Below, piece after piece: positions 45,085 through 59,029 of a DNA stretch of 64,000 nt; the stretch's first letter is position 1, and the number at the start of each line of letters is the position of its first letter. The notes under the pieces were generated by a model that made no database searches, was not told the origin of the DNA, and saw only the letters and a program-made list of their open reading frames with translations. Both the position numbers and the translations under genes were made by a program. This DNA is from the human T2T-CHM13v2.0 reference genome, Homo sapiens, in NCBI RefSeq assembly GCF_009914755.1, contig NC_060935.1. The stretch is one strand, 5' to 3'.

Positions 45085-45766
45085 ACACCACCCTCCTTGG
45101 GTTTGATAATCTGCTAGAACAGCACCCAGAACACAGGGAAACACTAGCTTATGTTTACTGGTTTATTATAGAGGATGAGACACAGACGAACCCCTAGGTG
45201 AAGAGGCACCAAGAGTGAGGTCCAGGATGGTCCTGAGTGTGGGAGCTTTGTCCCGTGGAGCCGGAGTCATCGCTCTCCCGGCGGGGGGATGTGTGCACCA
45301 ACTGGAAGCTGATGGGATCTCACTATTCAGTTTTGCAGAGCTCTCACCTGCAGCCCTCCCTGTCCTGGAGCTGAGTTCCCAGGCTCTTCTCACTGGGTCT
45401 TTCTGACCACCAGTCTCATCCTGAGGCCATCTAGGGGCCCCACCCTAAGTCACCTCATTAACATAAACACAAGTGTGATCTAAGGGAGCTTATTAGGAAT
45501 AACAAAAAACAAACAAACCAACACATAATTAAAAAACCCAAGAAAACAATATCCCTCAGAGAAATTGCAAGGGCTTGAGGAGCTCTGTGCCGGGAGCCAA
45601 GAAGGAAGGTCAAGACCGTCTCTTCTCACACAGTGAAAGCTCCAGGTCAGTGTGCTTTGCGCATGTCCATGAGTCCTTTCCATCATTTGGTTCTGTGCAA
45701 CTGCTGCAGGAGGAAGCTATTACGAATCAGGGAAGAAAACAGCTGAGCTTTTAAAAAGGCTTTGAG

Positions 45767-46060
45767 ACTGGGCGCAGTGGTTCACACCTGTAATCCCAGC
45801 ACTTTGGGAGGCTGAGGTGGGTGGGTCATGAGGTCAGGAGTTCGAGGCTAGCCTGGCCAATATGGCAAAACCCTGTGTCTACTAAAAATACAAAAATTAA
45901 TTGGGCTTGGTGGCACATGCCTGTAATCCCAGCTACTCAGGAGGCTGAGGCAGGAGGATCACTTGAACCGGGAGGCAGAGGTTGCAGTGAGCTGAGATGG
46001 CACCACTGCACTCCAGCCTAGGCAACAGAGCGAGACTCCATCTCAAAAAATAAAAAAAGG
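45767..46060 (+). mobile_element. AluS
   Basis: Full Alu; flanking repeat AAAAAGGCTTTGA. Confidence 0.92.
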
Positions 46061-46458
46061 CTTTGAAAGGCCCAATGTGGATGGGTACGAGCATTTAAAT
46101 CCCCAGGGGTCCCTGCCTCGTTGAGTCACTAACAGCCTGCCAGCTCTATTTCCCCACGGCTCCTGAGAAAGACTGCATACATCGGGTAAGAGAGGCATCA
46201 GGGCCGCTGCAGGAGTGGGATGGAGAGGAGAGCCAGGCCACCCTGAGAGCCAGGCCACAGCAGCTGCAGGTGGAGGAGGGCCAGGGAGCCCAGGGTCGTC
46301 TGGAGGACAGACACAGGGGCTGCTGACGTCTGAGGAAGGCAGGAGAATGGACAGACGCCCTGTAAGCAAGATCCCAGATCTGCTCCAGAGAAGGGTCCCT
46401 TCCTGACCTCTAGCACTTGAGCCGGTAGAACTTAATCTAGCTAACGAAGCCATGAGCC

Positions 46459-47095
46459 TGGAACTGCCCAAGGGGGTTCACCTTGCCCGCTGCCTGGACA
46501 GAGCTGATTCATCAAGACAGGGGAACTGCAATAGAGAAAGAGTCATTCACACAGAGCTGGCTGTGCCTGAGACCGGAGTTTTATTATTACTCAGATCAGT
46601 CTCCCTGAGCATTTGGGGAGCAGAGTTTTTAAGGGCAACTTGGTGGGTGGGGAGAAGCCAGTGCTCCAGGAGTGCTGATTGGTCAGGGATGAAATCACAA
46701 GGAGTCGAAGCCATCTTCTTGCACTGAGTCAGTTCCTGGGTGGGGGCCACAAGATCAGATGAGCCAGTTTATTGATCTGGGTGGTGCTACCTGATCCATC
46801 AAGTGCAGGGAGGGTCAGAATCTTGTAAATGACCTCTGGCTACATGACTCCTAAACTGTAATTTCTAATCTTGTGGCTAATGTTAGTCTAGTCCCCAGGC
46901 AAGAAGGTGGTCTGCTTTGGGAAAGGGTTGTTACTGTCTTTGTTTAAACTATAAACTACCAACTAAATTTATCCCAAAGTTAGTTCAGCCAACACCCAGG
47001 AATGAACAAGGACAGCTTGGAGATTAGAAGCAAGGTGGAGTGGGCTAAGTTAGATCTCTCACTGTCTCAGTCATAACTTTGCAAAGGCGGTTTCA
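46459..47095 (-). mobile_element. LTR8-like ERV1 solo LTR
   Basis: Minus-strand start TGAAACCGCCTTTGCAAAGTTATGACTGAGAC; 4-bp TSD AGCC. Confidence 0.85.
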
Positions 47096-47236
47096 AGCCC
47101 AGCTGCCAACCAGAGGAACTCACTCAACACGTGAGCAGCAGGCAGAAGCAAGAGACTTCCCCTGAGAAATCGGAAGGAAATCCTAGCCTCGCCCCCGCAA
47201 CCACTGACTGAACGGGACCCCTCTTGGCCAAGGGGG

Positions 47237-48607
47237 TGTCGACAAAAAGTGTCAAACTCTGTAAAATATTTTAAAAGATTCTGAGCCGAACATGACTGAC
47301 AAATGGCCCGTGACACAGCCCTCAGGAGGTCCTGAGAGCAGGTGCCCAAGGGGTTTGGGGTGCAGCTTGGTTTTATATATTTTAGGGAGACATGAGACTT
47401 TAATCAAATACATTTAAGAAATACTAAGGCCTAAACTCTGTTGTTGTTTTTTTTTAATCTTGCTCAAATTCCTATCTAAGGGGTCTGCGCATGCCCTACA
47501 AATCATAAACTCTCATCAGACAGGTTTTGTTTAGCCCTAAATATTGTGACTTACTTTCCAACCCGACTCTGGCATAACATTATGAGACAAGGAAGAAAAT
47601 CAAAATACTTTACCCCAAAACATGTTTCTTTGCTGTATTTTGAAATGGCCCTGCAGAGCGTCCTTTGTGGGGGAAAATTTGGATCTGCAAAGAATCTCTA
47701 TTAACATAGCTAGATCTTTTTCTTCCAGACCCTCCCAGTCCTAAAGAGATTAACTAAGGTCTGAATAGGAAACATTTGTCATCTATTGTCTCTAAGGGCA
47801 GCCACTATCAGACTTCAAAAGAACTTTGGTCTCCACAATCTTTATCTTAACTTGAACTTTCCCTTCCTATCCATCCCAGGTCTTTAGACAAACTCAACCA
47901 ACCGTGAACCAGAAAATGTTTAAATTTACCTATAGCCTGGAACCCCCTCACCCCCCATCCCCCACCACCCGCTTTGAGTTGTCCCGCCTTTCTGGACCAA
48001 ACCAATGTAATTTTGAAATGTATTTGATTGATGTCTCCTGCCTCCCTAAAATGTGTAAAACCAAGCTGTACCATGACCACCTTGGGCCCATGTTCTCAGG
48101 ACCTCCTGAGGGTTGTGTCTCAGGCCATGGTCACTCATATTGGGCCCAGAATAAATCTCTCTTCAAATATTTTACAGAGTTTGACTCTTTTTGTCGACAT
48201 TACATTGGTTTGGTCCAGAAAAGTGGGACAACTTGAAGGGTGGGGAGTGCTTCCAGGCTATAGGTAGATGTAAAAATTTTCCGGTTGACAGTTGGTTGAG
48301 CTTGTCTAAAGACCTGGGATCAACAGAAAGGAATGTCTGGGTTAGGATAAAGGATCATGGAGACCCAGGTTGTTATTTGCAGAGGAAGCCTTTAGGTAGC
48401 AGGCTTCAGAGAGAAGAGGTTGTGAGACGTTTGTTATCGGACTTAAAGTCTGTGTGGATGTTAATGCCAGAGAGGTAGAATGAGGCATGTCTGACCCCCA
48501 CTGCCCATCATAGTGTCTCAGGTTAAATTTTAAAACAGCCCTGGCTGAGGAGGAAGTCCATTCAGATGGTCGGGGAGGAGGTCTTAGAATGTTATGTTTG
48601 GTTAACC
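47237..48607 (-). mobile_element. MER4B/D-like LTR containing an oppositely oriented MER4D/E-like LTR (47425-48199, +)
   Basis: TGTCGACAAAAAG at 47237 and its inverted counterpart ending at 48199; inner TSD ATAC/TTAC. Confidence 0.8.
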
Positions 48608-48969
48608 GGGAAACCTTGGAAGCTGAGTTCCTGGCTACGGGGGGATGGGAAGCTGGACTTGCGCCCTTCTCCTACTCCCTGGCCAGCCATGACCCAGCTC
48701 CCTCCCCTCAGGGAAAACAGAAACCAATTCTGTGGAGACTGCACTGAGGAGATCAGTGTACCCCTGACATTGCCCCCTCCTTCTTGATAGGAGATCCACC
48801 ACGGAGAGGCCCTGGCCATTCTACGGAAGAGGCGCAAGGAAGTCTTCTGAGTCCGCTGCTTCACCTTTTGACATCAGAGGGCCAAAAGCTCCACCCTCAG
48901 ATCAGGCTAACACCTCTGGTTTTTGCACATAGAGAGGGGGTGAAGCTGGATTGCGCATATGCCTGGTTT

Positions 48970-49428
48970 TGGGTCTGCAGTTGGTTCCTGCTGGTGGGTT
49001 CGTGGTCTCGCTGACTTCAAGAATGCACCCATGGACTTTCACGGACCTTCGCAGTGAGTGTTACAGCTCTTAAAGATGGCACAGACCCAAAGAGTCAGTG
49101 GCAGCAAGGTTTATTGTTTATTCGCGAAAGGACAAAGCTTCCACAGCGTGGAAGTAGACCCGAGTGGGTTGCCGCTGCTGGCTGTGTGGCCAGCTTTTAT
49201 TCCCCTATTGGCCCCGCCCATGTTCCGTTTCTGTCCTATCAGAGTGCCTTTTTTTCAATCCTCCCTGCGATTGGCTACTTTCAGAATCCTGTGCAGATTG
49301 GTGTGTTTTACAATCCTCTTGCAAGACAGGAAAGTTCCTGATTGGTGCATTTTACAATCCTCTTGTAAGACAGAAAAGTTCCCCAAGTCCCCACGGGACC
49401 CAAGAAGTCCAGCTGGCCTCATGTCTCA
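48970..49428 (-). mobile_element. LTR12-family (ERV9) solo LTR
   Basis: GGTGGGTTCGTGGTCTCGCTGACTTCAAGAATG, repeated ATTGG (CCAAT) boxes, 4-bp TSD GTTT. Confidence 0.85.
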
Positions 49429-51646
49429 GTTTCTCCTCTTATCAATATTCATGTCCCTCCCACAGCTTATTGAATATGCATATTCAGCCACCCCCACTCA
49501 GTGTAGATCTCTGCTTTATTCTTCCCTCCCTCCAAGTGTCTGTTTCCAGCTTCCTACCAGAGGCTGCGCCTCCCAACCAGTCAGAACAGCCACACTCAGC
49601 CCACAGCACTTTATGAGAAGTAAAGCGCTCCTTTCCAAATTGACGACCTCGTCCTTCTTCAGTTAACACCTCCCTCTCTCAATGACGATGATGGAGCATG
49701 TCCAGGTGTTGGTGACACAGCTACATGGCTGCGTGTGGGATAAAGTCGCTGCCCCTTCAGAACTCACACCCCCCTGGAGTGGGACACACACCTCTAAGAA
49801 CAAACAAGGATGAGAGCAGAGCCAGCTTGGCATCGTGGGAATCAATAAATGAAACAGAAAGTGCAAGGTGGTGGGGGTAGCTATCTCGGGACGGGGTGTC
49901 AGAGGTGGATCTGAGTTGGGCAGACAGGAGGGACGCAGTCCAGGGCGGTCCTGGGTGAGTCTGTTCCATGTAAGGAACTGCCAGCACACAGGTCGTAAGG
50001 AGGAGTGCGGTGTGGCCCCGGCACCAATCCAGGGCTGGATGAAGAATGATTGAGGCAGTCTGAAGATGACACCAAGTCATTCTCCTCCCACGGAGAGGTG
50101 GACTTTCTCTTCTCTCTGCAATCTGGGCTGGCCTCAGTGACTTGAGGAGGGAGAAATACTCTAGGATTCCTAGGCTGGGTCATAAGGCACCTTCTAGCCT
50201 CTGCTCGAGTGACCTCCTAGGAAGTACAGCTGCCCTGAGCCCACCATGCTGTGAGGAAGCCCAAGCCAGCCGTGGGAAGAGGCCGTGAGGTGGGGGAGGG
50301 GAGGGAGATCTGTCCGGCCTCACCTGTTGTAGCCATCCCATAGGTGTGTGAACACAGCATCTTGGACAAGCCAGCCCCAGCTGACATAATTTACAGAAAA
50401 ACCAAGGAACCCTGCAGACAGCCGGAACTGAGGTCCCAAAATACAGCCCAGCCAAGCCATGCTGCCATCGTTAGCCATTGGTACCTTCCCAATTGAGACC
50501 CCACAAATCATGCGGCCTGTGCCACCATCCAGTGCCGGATCTGAACTACTGATCCACTGAGCTTTGGGCTGATTGGTTCTGCAACGATGGGTGGCCAAGG
50601 CCACGGTCAAATCCAGCTGGAGAGGTGGATGGGGCCAGTGTCAGGGGTTTGGATTTCACCCCAAGTCAGCTGAGGCACACTGGAATGTCGTAAGCCTGCA
50701 CATCCACTCATCACACATTTTAACCGCATCTGAGTGTGGACCGTACCGATGGGTTCCTGCACCTGCAGCCTCCACACCATTGCTGGTGCCCTGCCTCCTA
50801 GCTGGAGTATCCTTCCTGTCTCTTGGCTGCTCTTTGTACCCATCATGGTCCCCCTACCACCCTCCAAGTTCTGCTCCAAGCTTTGTTTTCCTCCAAGAGA
50901 AGAACCTGTCCAGACAATAGTTTCAAAGCAGCGGGAAGCTCTGCTCACGTGTCCCCAAGGACCATGCTGTGTGAAATTCCCTTCTGTAATCACAGAGCCC
51001 ATTGCCCTGGCCTATTCCTGGTCCAGGAGTAGGGAGGAGGTAGACAGAGGATGCCTCCTTCCCCACTGCTGAGAACCCTGCCATCCTCAGCCACAGTTGC
51101 CACAGAGAAGATACCACATCCCTGGGGGAATCAGCAGGAATCAGGTAGAGAGTGGCACTGCTCTGGGGAGGGAGGGCGTCTCACAGCATCAAACGTCAAA
51201 AACCCACAACATTGACCCAGTCCTGCCAAGACGGAACCCTGCATGAGCATGGGGGATGGGGAGTTGGGGTGTTGCAAAAGACGCAATACATGAATGATCT
51301 CAGGTAATTCTCAGGCAACCCCCGGAGGCTGGTGTTGCTAGCACCCCTCTGCAGGAGAAGAAGCTGGGGCTCGGGAGCTGACTGGATCTGCTCAAAGGCC
51401 CAGGAAGAATAAGAGTTAGGAACTGGGACAGACCTTGAGGAAGCTGCACTTCCTCCTGAGGTGAGCCAGCGTTGGAGCTGTTTTTCCTTTCAGTATGAAT
51501 TCCACAAGGAAATCATCTCAGGAGGAAGGGCTCATACTTGGATCCAGAAAATATCAACATAGCCAAAGAAAAACAATCAAGACATACCTCCAGGAGCTGT
51601 GTAACAGCAACCGGAAAGAGAAACAATGGTGTGTTCCTATGTGGGA

Positions 51647-51652
51647 TATAAA
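51647..51652 (+). promoter_or_regulatory. KRTAP5-9: TATA box of KRTAP5-9
   Basis: TATAAA at the homologous position. Confidence 0.85.
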
Positions 51653-51734
51653 GAGCCGGGGCTCAGGGGGCTCCACACCTGCACCTCCTTCTCACCTGCT
51701 CCTCTACCTGCTCCACCCTCAATCCACCAGAACC

Positions 51735-52244
51735 ATGGGCTGCTGTGGCTGCTCCGGAGGCTGTGGCTCCAGCTGTGGAGGCTGTGACTCCAGCTGTGGG
51801 AGCTGTGGCTCTGGCTGCAGGGGCTGTGGCCCCAGCTGCTGTGCACCCGTCTACTGCTGCAAGCCCGTGTGCTGCTGTGTTCCAGCCTGTTCCTGCTCTA
51901 GCTGTGGCAAGCGGGGCTGTGGCTCCTGTGGGGGCTCCAAGGGAGGCTGTGGTTCTTGTGGCTGCTCCCAGTGCAGTTGCTGCAAGCCCTGCTGTTGCTC
52001 TTCAGGCTGTGGGTCATCCTGCTGCCAGTGCAGCTGCTGCAAGCCCTACTGCTCCCAGTGCAGCTGCTGTAAGCCCTGTTGCTCCTCCTCGGGTCGTGGG
52101 TCATCCTGCTGCCAATCCAGCTGCTGCAAGCCCTGCTGCTCATCCTCAGGCTGTGGGTCATCCTGCTGCCAGTCCAGCTGCTGCAAGCCCTGCTGCTCCC
52201 AGTCCAGATGCTGTGTCCCTGTGTGCTACCAGTGCAAGATCTGA
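51735..52244 (+). CDS. KRTAP5-9: Keratin-associated protein 5-9 (UHS KerA), 169 aa
   Basis: ACCATGG start homologous to the paralogs; [21 protein letters not shown]...[11 protein letters not shown]; the ORF-track start at 51495 lies upstream of the TATA box. Confidence 0.93.
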
Positions 52245-52665
52245 GGCTCTAGTGGGAAACCTCAGGTAGCTCCCGAAGATCTGTGCTTTCCAACAAGTGA
52301 CTACCCTTGAAGCACATCCCCTTCTGAATCTGAAAAGAGCCCTTGGCTCAGGGCGTCTTTTTCCAGCCCCTGAGGAAATGGAATGAACCACTCCCTGCCC
52401 ATTCCCTATAAGAATATCCCAAGACCCAGGCAATTTTGCCCCTCTTTCCCACATGCCCCCATATGTCTGAGCCAAACTGCACTGGGGGCTGCCCTCATGC
52501 CAAGCAAGAGCCTGGAATTCCCCTTCTTGATAATTCCATGGGAGACAGCAAACCCTTCTTTCCTTTGCCTGCCAGGAGCTTCACGACATTTGCAGATGGA
52601 TGTCCTGCAACCCAAATGATCACATGTATCTATGGAAATCCAAAATGCATCTGGGTGCAGCACTA

Positions 52666-52671
52666 AATAAA
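52666..52671 (+). terminator. KRTAP5-9: KRTAP5-9 poly(A) signal
   Basis: First AATAAA ~420 nt after the stop. Confidence 0.75.
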
Positions 52672-53329
52672 TTCTCCATCCCTCAGCCTTGGTCTCACTG
52701 ACTCTTTTCTTCCAGCCTCTGTCTCATTGGCAAACTGGCCACATGTCCTTCCCCTCCTCCCTGATAGCTTATTGCTCCCACTGCTGTAACAGTGTGCCAG
52801 GCCCAGCTCCCATTCCAGAAACAGTTGTTGAACTGATTAATGAAGGAACCACTAGCAGTATGTATGAATGAATGAAGATGAGGAATGAATGAGTGAATGA
52901 GTGAGTATCTCTCATTAGTACACAGGGAGTCCCAGCTGTATCTCAGTGGGATTCAGTCTGTCTTGGTTGGAATTTGGACTCCTACTTCTTCCCCATGGGA
53001 GGATATGTTTGGGAGAGAAGGAGAACTTTGCCCTCAGTGCCTAGGAAGGGATGTAATGGGTGCTCTCTGGGTCCAGCCAGTCCCCAGTTTGTGGGTCAAG
53101 CCAGGAGAGGGGGAAGCGAGACTAGAATGAGCTGTGTCCCTGAGATGCTCTGTAGGACAACACTGGAAACTGTGCTGCTTCAAGGATCCAAGACGGTGTG
53201 GCTGAACACAGGCTGAAGTGCACCCTCCATCTCTGGGCTCAGAGTGAGGAGGAATCCAAGTGTCCACAGGCTTCCCAGCTTTGGTTTGGCACAGGGAGGA
53301 ACAGAAGGGACTTTTCTCAGCCTGATAAA

Positions 53330-55090
53330 GGCCATCTACCCACAGTGAACACGGTGCTTAACTATGAAAACCTGGATGTTTTCCCCTAGGATCAGGAACA
53401 GGAAAAGAATGTCCACACCCACCACTTCTATGCAACATTTCACTGAAGCTATAGCCAGAATAACATAACAGGAAAAGAAAATAAAGCCATCCAGGTAAGA
53501 AAAAAGGAAGCAAAACTATCTCTATTCACAGAAAACCTCATCTTGTATACAGAAGATGCTGAGGGACACACACACACACACACACACACAACTATTAGAG
53601 CCAATAACCGAGCTCAGCAGAGTGCAGAACACAAGGACTATACACAATAGTCAGCTGTGTTTCTTTACAATAGCAAAAAGCAAGCAAAAAGGTTGTAAGG
53701 AAACAATAAAATTCCTGGGAACAAATGCAACCAAAAAAGTACAAGACTTGGACACTTAACACTACAAAACACCATTGGAAGAAGTTAAGGAGGACCAAAG
53801 TAATGGGGGAAAAAATCCTATGTTCATGTATTGGAAGACCTAATATTGTGAAGATTGAAACACTCCAAAAAAAAAATTGTTCTACCAATTTAATGCAATT
53901 CCGATCAACATCTCAGATTTCTTTTTTCAAAAATTGACAAGTTGATCCTAAAATTTATGTGGACATTCAAGGGACCCTAAATAGCTAAAACAATCTTGAA
54001 AAAGAAAAGCAAAGTTTGAGGACTCACGTTTTCCAATTTCTAAATGGGCTGCAAAGCTACAGTCATCAAGGCAGCATGGCTCTTGCATAAGGATAGAAAG
54101 ATGGATCAATGGGGTAGGTTTGAGACTCTTGAAATAAAGCCTCACAGTTGTGGTCAATGGATTTTCACAGGTACTATACAATTCCATGGGAAAAGAGGAA
54201 TGTTTTCAACAAACAATGCTGCTAAGACAACTGGATGTCCACATGCAAAAGAGTGAATTTGAATCTTGACCTCATACCATATACCAAACAAACAAAAAAA
54301 AAATAGAAAAAATAGATCAATGACCTAATTGTAAAAGCCAAAACTAGAGGATTACTAGAAGCAAAACAGGTTAAGTTTTCATGACCTTGGAGTATGAAAT
54401 GGTTCTTAGATAATGACACCAAAACCACAGGGAAAAACTAGATTAACTACATCAAAACGAATAGTTTTTGTGCTTCTGAGGGCACTATGAAGAAAATGAA
54501 GATACACCAACAGAGTGGAAGAAACTACTTTGAAATCATATATTTGATAAGAACTTGCATCTAGACATATAAAGAATTCTTACTACTCAAACACACAATC
54601 CAATTAAAGACCCAGCAGAGGATTTAAATAGGCATTTTCCAAAGAAGATATACAAATGGCTAATAAGCACATGAAAAGGAGCTCAACATTGTTAGACATC
54701 AGGGAACATCAGGGAAATGCAAATCAAAACCACAATAAGATAGCAGTTCACATCCTCTGGGATGGCTATTATCAAAAAGACAATAAGAAGCACTGATGAG
54801 AATGTGGAGAAATGGGAGCCCTTGTGCATTGGATGAAAATAAAAAAATCATGCCACTACTTTGAAAAATAGTTCCTCAAATGTTCCATGTAGAGTTACCA
54901 TATGACTCAGCAATTCCACTCTTAGGTAACTACTGAAGGGAACTGAAATGTATATCACATAAAAACTCGTATGATGATATTCATAGCAGCCTTATTCTCA
55001 TTTGCCAACAAGTGGAACCATCTAAATGTCCATGAACTGATGAGTCGGTAAACAAAATGTGGTATAGTCATACATGGACATATTCATATT
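53330..55090 (+). mobile_element. Old L1 (L1MB/L1M) ORF2 3' region, with (CA)n at ~53567-53590
   Basis: Degenerate ORF2 motifs (GGAAATGCAAATCAAAACCACAAT, CAGCAATTCCACTCTTAGGT). Confidence 0.8.
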
Positions 55091-55694
55091 CTGGATGTTA
55101 TCCCCATATCATTTTTAAATTTTAGTGTTTTAATGTTAAAAATGATAGACAATTGTAGAAGACAACAAATTACTCATAACCCCAATCTCTAGAGTGCTAA
55201 CATTTTGGTTGCTCCCATGTAATTTGTGTATTCGGGCATCTCATGACCTCTCTATTACCCAAGGTCACCACGGTGTTCTGCTTGCCAAGGCACAGGCTCT
55301 TCACTGGCCCCATAACAATGACCCGAGCCCCCATTGTAGGCAGAGGGTTGCATGTCCCACCTGAGTGAGTTTATGTGGGAATCCCCAGGGCCTTTTGTGT
55401 TCTCCACGCGTTGGTGGAGCGGCCCCTGCTTCTCCCCCAGGGTGTGCCTGCAGCCCCTTCCCTGCCTCCTGCCATTCCCATGGGTGGTGCCAAGAGAAGC
55501 TTTAGGGCAGCCAAGCTCCTCCTTCCTTCTTGGCATCAGCTAGAGGTTCCTACGAATGCTAATGGTTGGGGGCATGGTGGGGAGAATTCATTATTTCTTC
55601 CAGCACTGCTCTCTTAAAAATTTGTATTATCAATAGTTTAGAAAGGTTGTTTTTAGTTTCATAGCTCACTATCAATAACTATGTTAATTTTTAG

Positions 55695-56106
<412 letters not shown>

Positions 56107-57090
56107 ACCTCTCTACCTTTCAAACCTTGATTCTCCTCTGCTGCCCACAGGTAGCCACTGAAGGATGCATGGTATCATGACATAATCTACAATCTCTGGC
56201 CATTCATCTTTGTGTCACCTTACTGGGGCAAATTGTCACAGTGGATGGTAGGAGTAGTCCTGGAAGTCATTCATCCTCTAAAGGATAAGAAATTATTGGA
56301 ATACAGTTGGAAAGGACTCTGAATTCATAAATGTATCCCACTGAACCAACCCCAAAATGACTAACGCCCCAGCAATATTACTTTACACAAAGCCTGCTTT
56401 GGGCTAAAACCCTAACCCTGGTACATGCACTTGAATAGATACACTTAGCTTGACTTTCTCTCATTTCTTATCCTTCTCACACTCTGGACTATGAGACGGG
56501 TGACATCCTGTGCCTGGGCTGGCGTGTAGGCCGTCTCCTCCAGGACAAGCTCGCCTGTTTCTGCTTATGCTGTTCTGGGAGCCACCTCTCTTGTGGAACT
56601 GGGGATGATGGTGGGTCCTTGAGTGGCGACTGCTTCAGATGAAGTCCCTGAAGGGGTCTTTCTAATGGAGATGGGACTACCTTAGCTGGGGGTGGGTGGG
56701 TGTGAGGGGGTGACTAGGGTGGGCCAGGACAGGCTGCTTAGAGTTCAAGGAAATTTGGGGATTCCAAGTTTTTGGCTCATCTATGTCCACCCGGATGATT
56801 TCATCCCAAGAGTTTCAGCAAATGCCCTCCTCGCCAGTTGTGTCCCTACCTTATAATTAGCACCTGATTGCAGGGCTGTGCATTTTAATTGCCATTCCAG
56901 CTTTGCAGCCCCCACGGTCAGGTGTGGGTGCGATCCCCAGCCAGGGCTGCTCACAATAAAAGATACCGACACCCCAGGGTGCTCTGACTGTAGTTATGGT
57001 GTTTTTTTTTTTTAGTTTTTCATTCTACCAGTTTTTATTTCTTGCACAATGACATCGTGACAGCCACAAACAAAATAATTCTGAAAATAA

Positions 57091-57473
<383 letters not shown>

Positions 57474-59029
57474 TGTTTTTCTGCTTTTTTACAGAATTGC
57501 GGAAAAAACATTTGACAAAGAAATATACACCAAACCCAGCTCTTTTGTTTAAAAGCCAATTGCAAAAACACAGAACGAATGACCTGGTTTAATGGTGGCT
57601 AAGAACAATAGAAAAAGGGCCTGGTTTATTTGAGTTAAATTTGAGCTCAGGATGAGGCTAGGGTGTGGTGTTGCTGTCAAAACCCACTCTGTGGTCTGAG
57701 GGTGGATTCGTAGCCACACAGTGTCCAACTGAGGGGTGAATGAGCCCCTCCGCATCAGCCCATGCTAGTTCCTTTAATGGACTTTTTTTTTAAGAGCAGT
57801 TTTAGGTTCACAGCAAAATTGAGAGGAGTGGGCCACGACATCCCCTGTGCTCTAAAATGAGAGTGCTTCCTCAGAGTCCATGGCAGTGGGTCACTCTCTG
57901 GGGGTCCCCAGGGACTCAGGGTGTGGCTGGCCTGTCCCCAACTCAGGAGAGACCAGGAGTTGTCCAGTGTTTCCTTCATTGGAAGTCTCTGTGGATGCCT
58001 CCCACGGACCTGGATGTTGAGGGCCCATGATTTCCACAGTACATTTAGGAGCCAGGATGCAGGGCCCCCATTTCCTCTATGTGTGCCCTGGACACCCCAG
58101 GCCCATGGGACAGGCCTGGCCCTGCAACCTTATCAGGGTCCTGATACCAGGCTTGACCTGGCCTTGTGATAAGCAAGAGAAGAGGCAGGTCCAGAGACAC
58201 CTCCTGCATGGGATCGCCTGCATCCGACCCCCATGACAGGCAGTGGCCAGCACGGTGTGGAAGGGGCCAGGATGGCACCCGGCAGGCTGCCCTGTACCCC
58301 AGATGGCTCCTGGCCTCAGGAAATTAATATCCACGGGGAAACTGGTCACTTGGAGGCTGCCAGAGGGAAGGGTGAGTGTCACATTCCCTCAGCCATGGCC
58401 AGCCAGCAGCATGCCGTATGGCCTCTGGCCCAACCTGTGGGACAGGGACCCCAGACAGGGCACAAGTCCCTGTCCCAGAGGGTCCTGGCCTGGTGCTCAC
58501 CCAAGCCCTGTAAAGGGAGGGGCACCAGGGGTGCCATGGGCACCCAGCAGCAGCCAGGATGATCACACAGGGGACTGAGACTTCTGTGGCAGTGGCCAGA
58601 CCCAGAACTTGGCCAAAAGCAGGGCAAGCCACCTGGGACAGAGTGGATGCTGTGCCTGTGCGTGCCCAGCAAGGCTGAGCCAGTGACGCTACCAGGGTCC
58701 ATGAGGCAAGGGTGGGGCAGGAGCAGGCTGAGCAGCCGCCAACCTCGTCCGCTCCAGGAGGCAGGGATGGCCGAGCTCCCACACCCTAGTGGCCGCCACC
58801 TGCCCACCGATGGGGCAGAGGCCTGAGGTCAAGCAGTCAGTGCTGGGGCCCTGCTTCCAGGGTCTACAAACTGCTCCAGTCCGGAAGGCCAACGATAACT
58901 GGGCATGTGAGGGCCCAGGAGGTCAGGTCCCTACGTCTGCCAACCTTGGCAGATGCATTTCACAGTCCGAAAAAGTCAAGAAAGGTGACACCTCTCAGGT
59001 GTTATTATGAAGGACTCTCCCAAGACACG

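Larger units (their letters stand above)
43750..45630. mobile_element. MER21-like LTR split by two later LTR insertions
   Basis: CACCAGCTGGGTGTCCT...AGGGCTCAGTCCCACAAGACTG, resuming after each insertion. Confidence 0.7.
47163..49668 (+). mobile_element. MER83-like LTR hosting nested MER4-family and LTR12 insertions
   Basis: Host pieces at 47163-47236, 48608-48969 and 49429-49668 read as one continuous LTR ending CTTCAGTTAACA. Confidence 0.65.
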
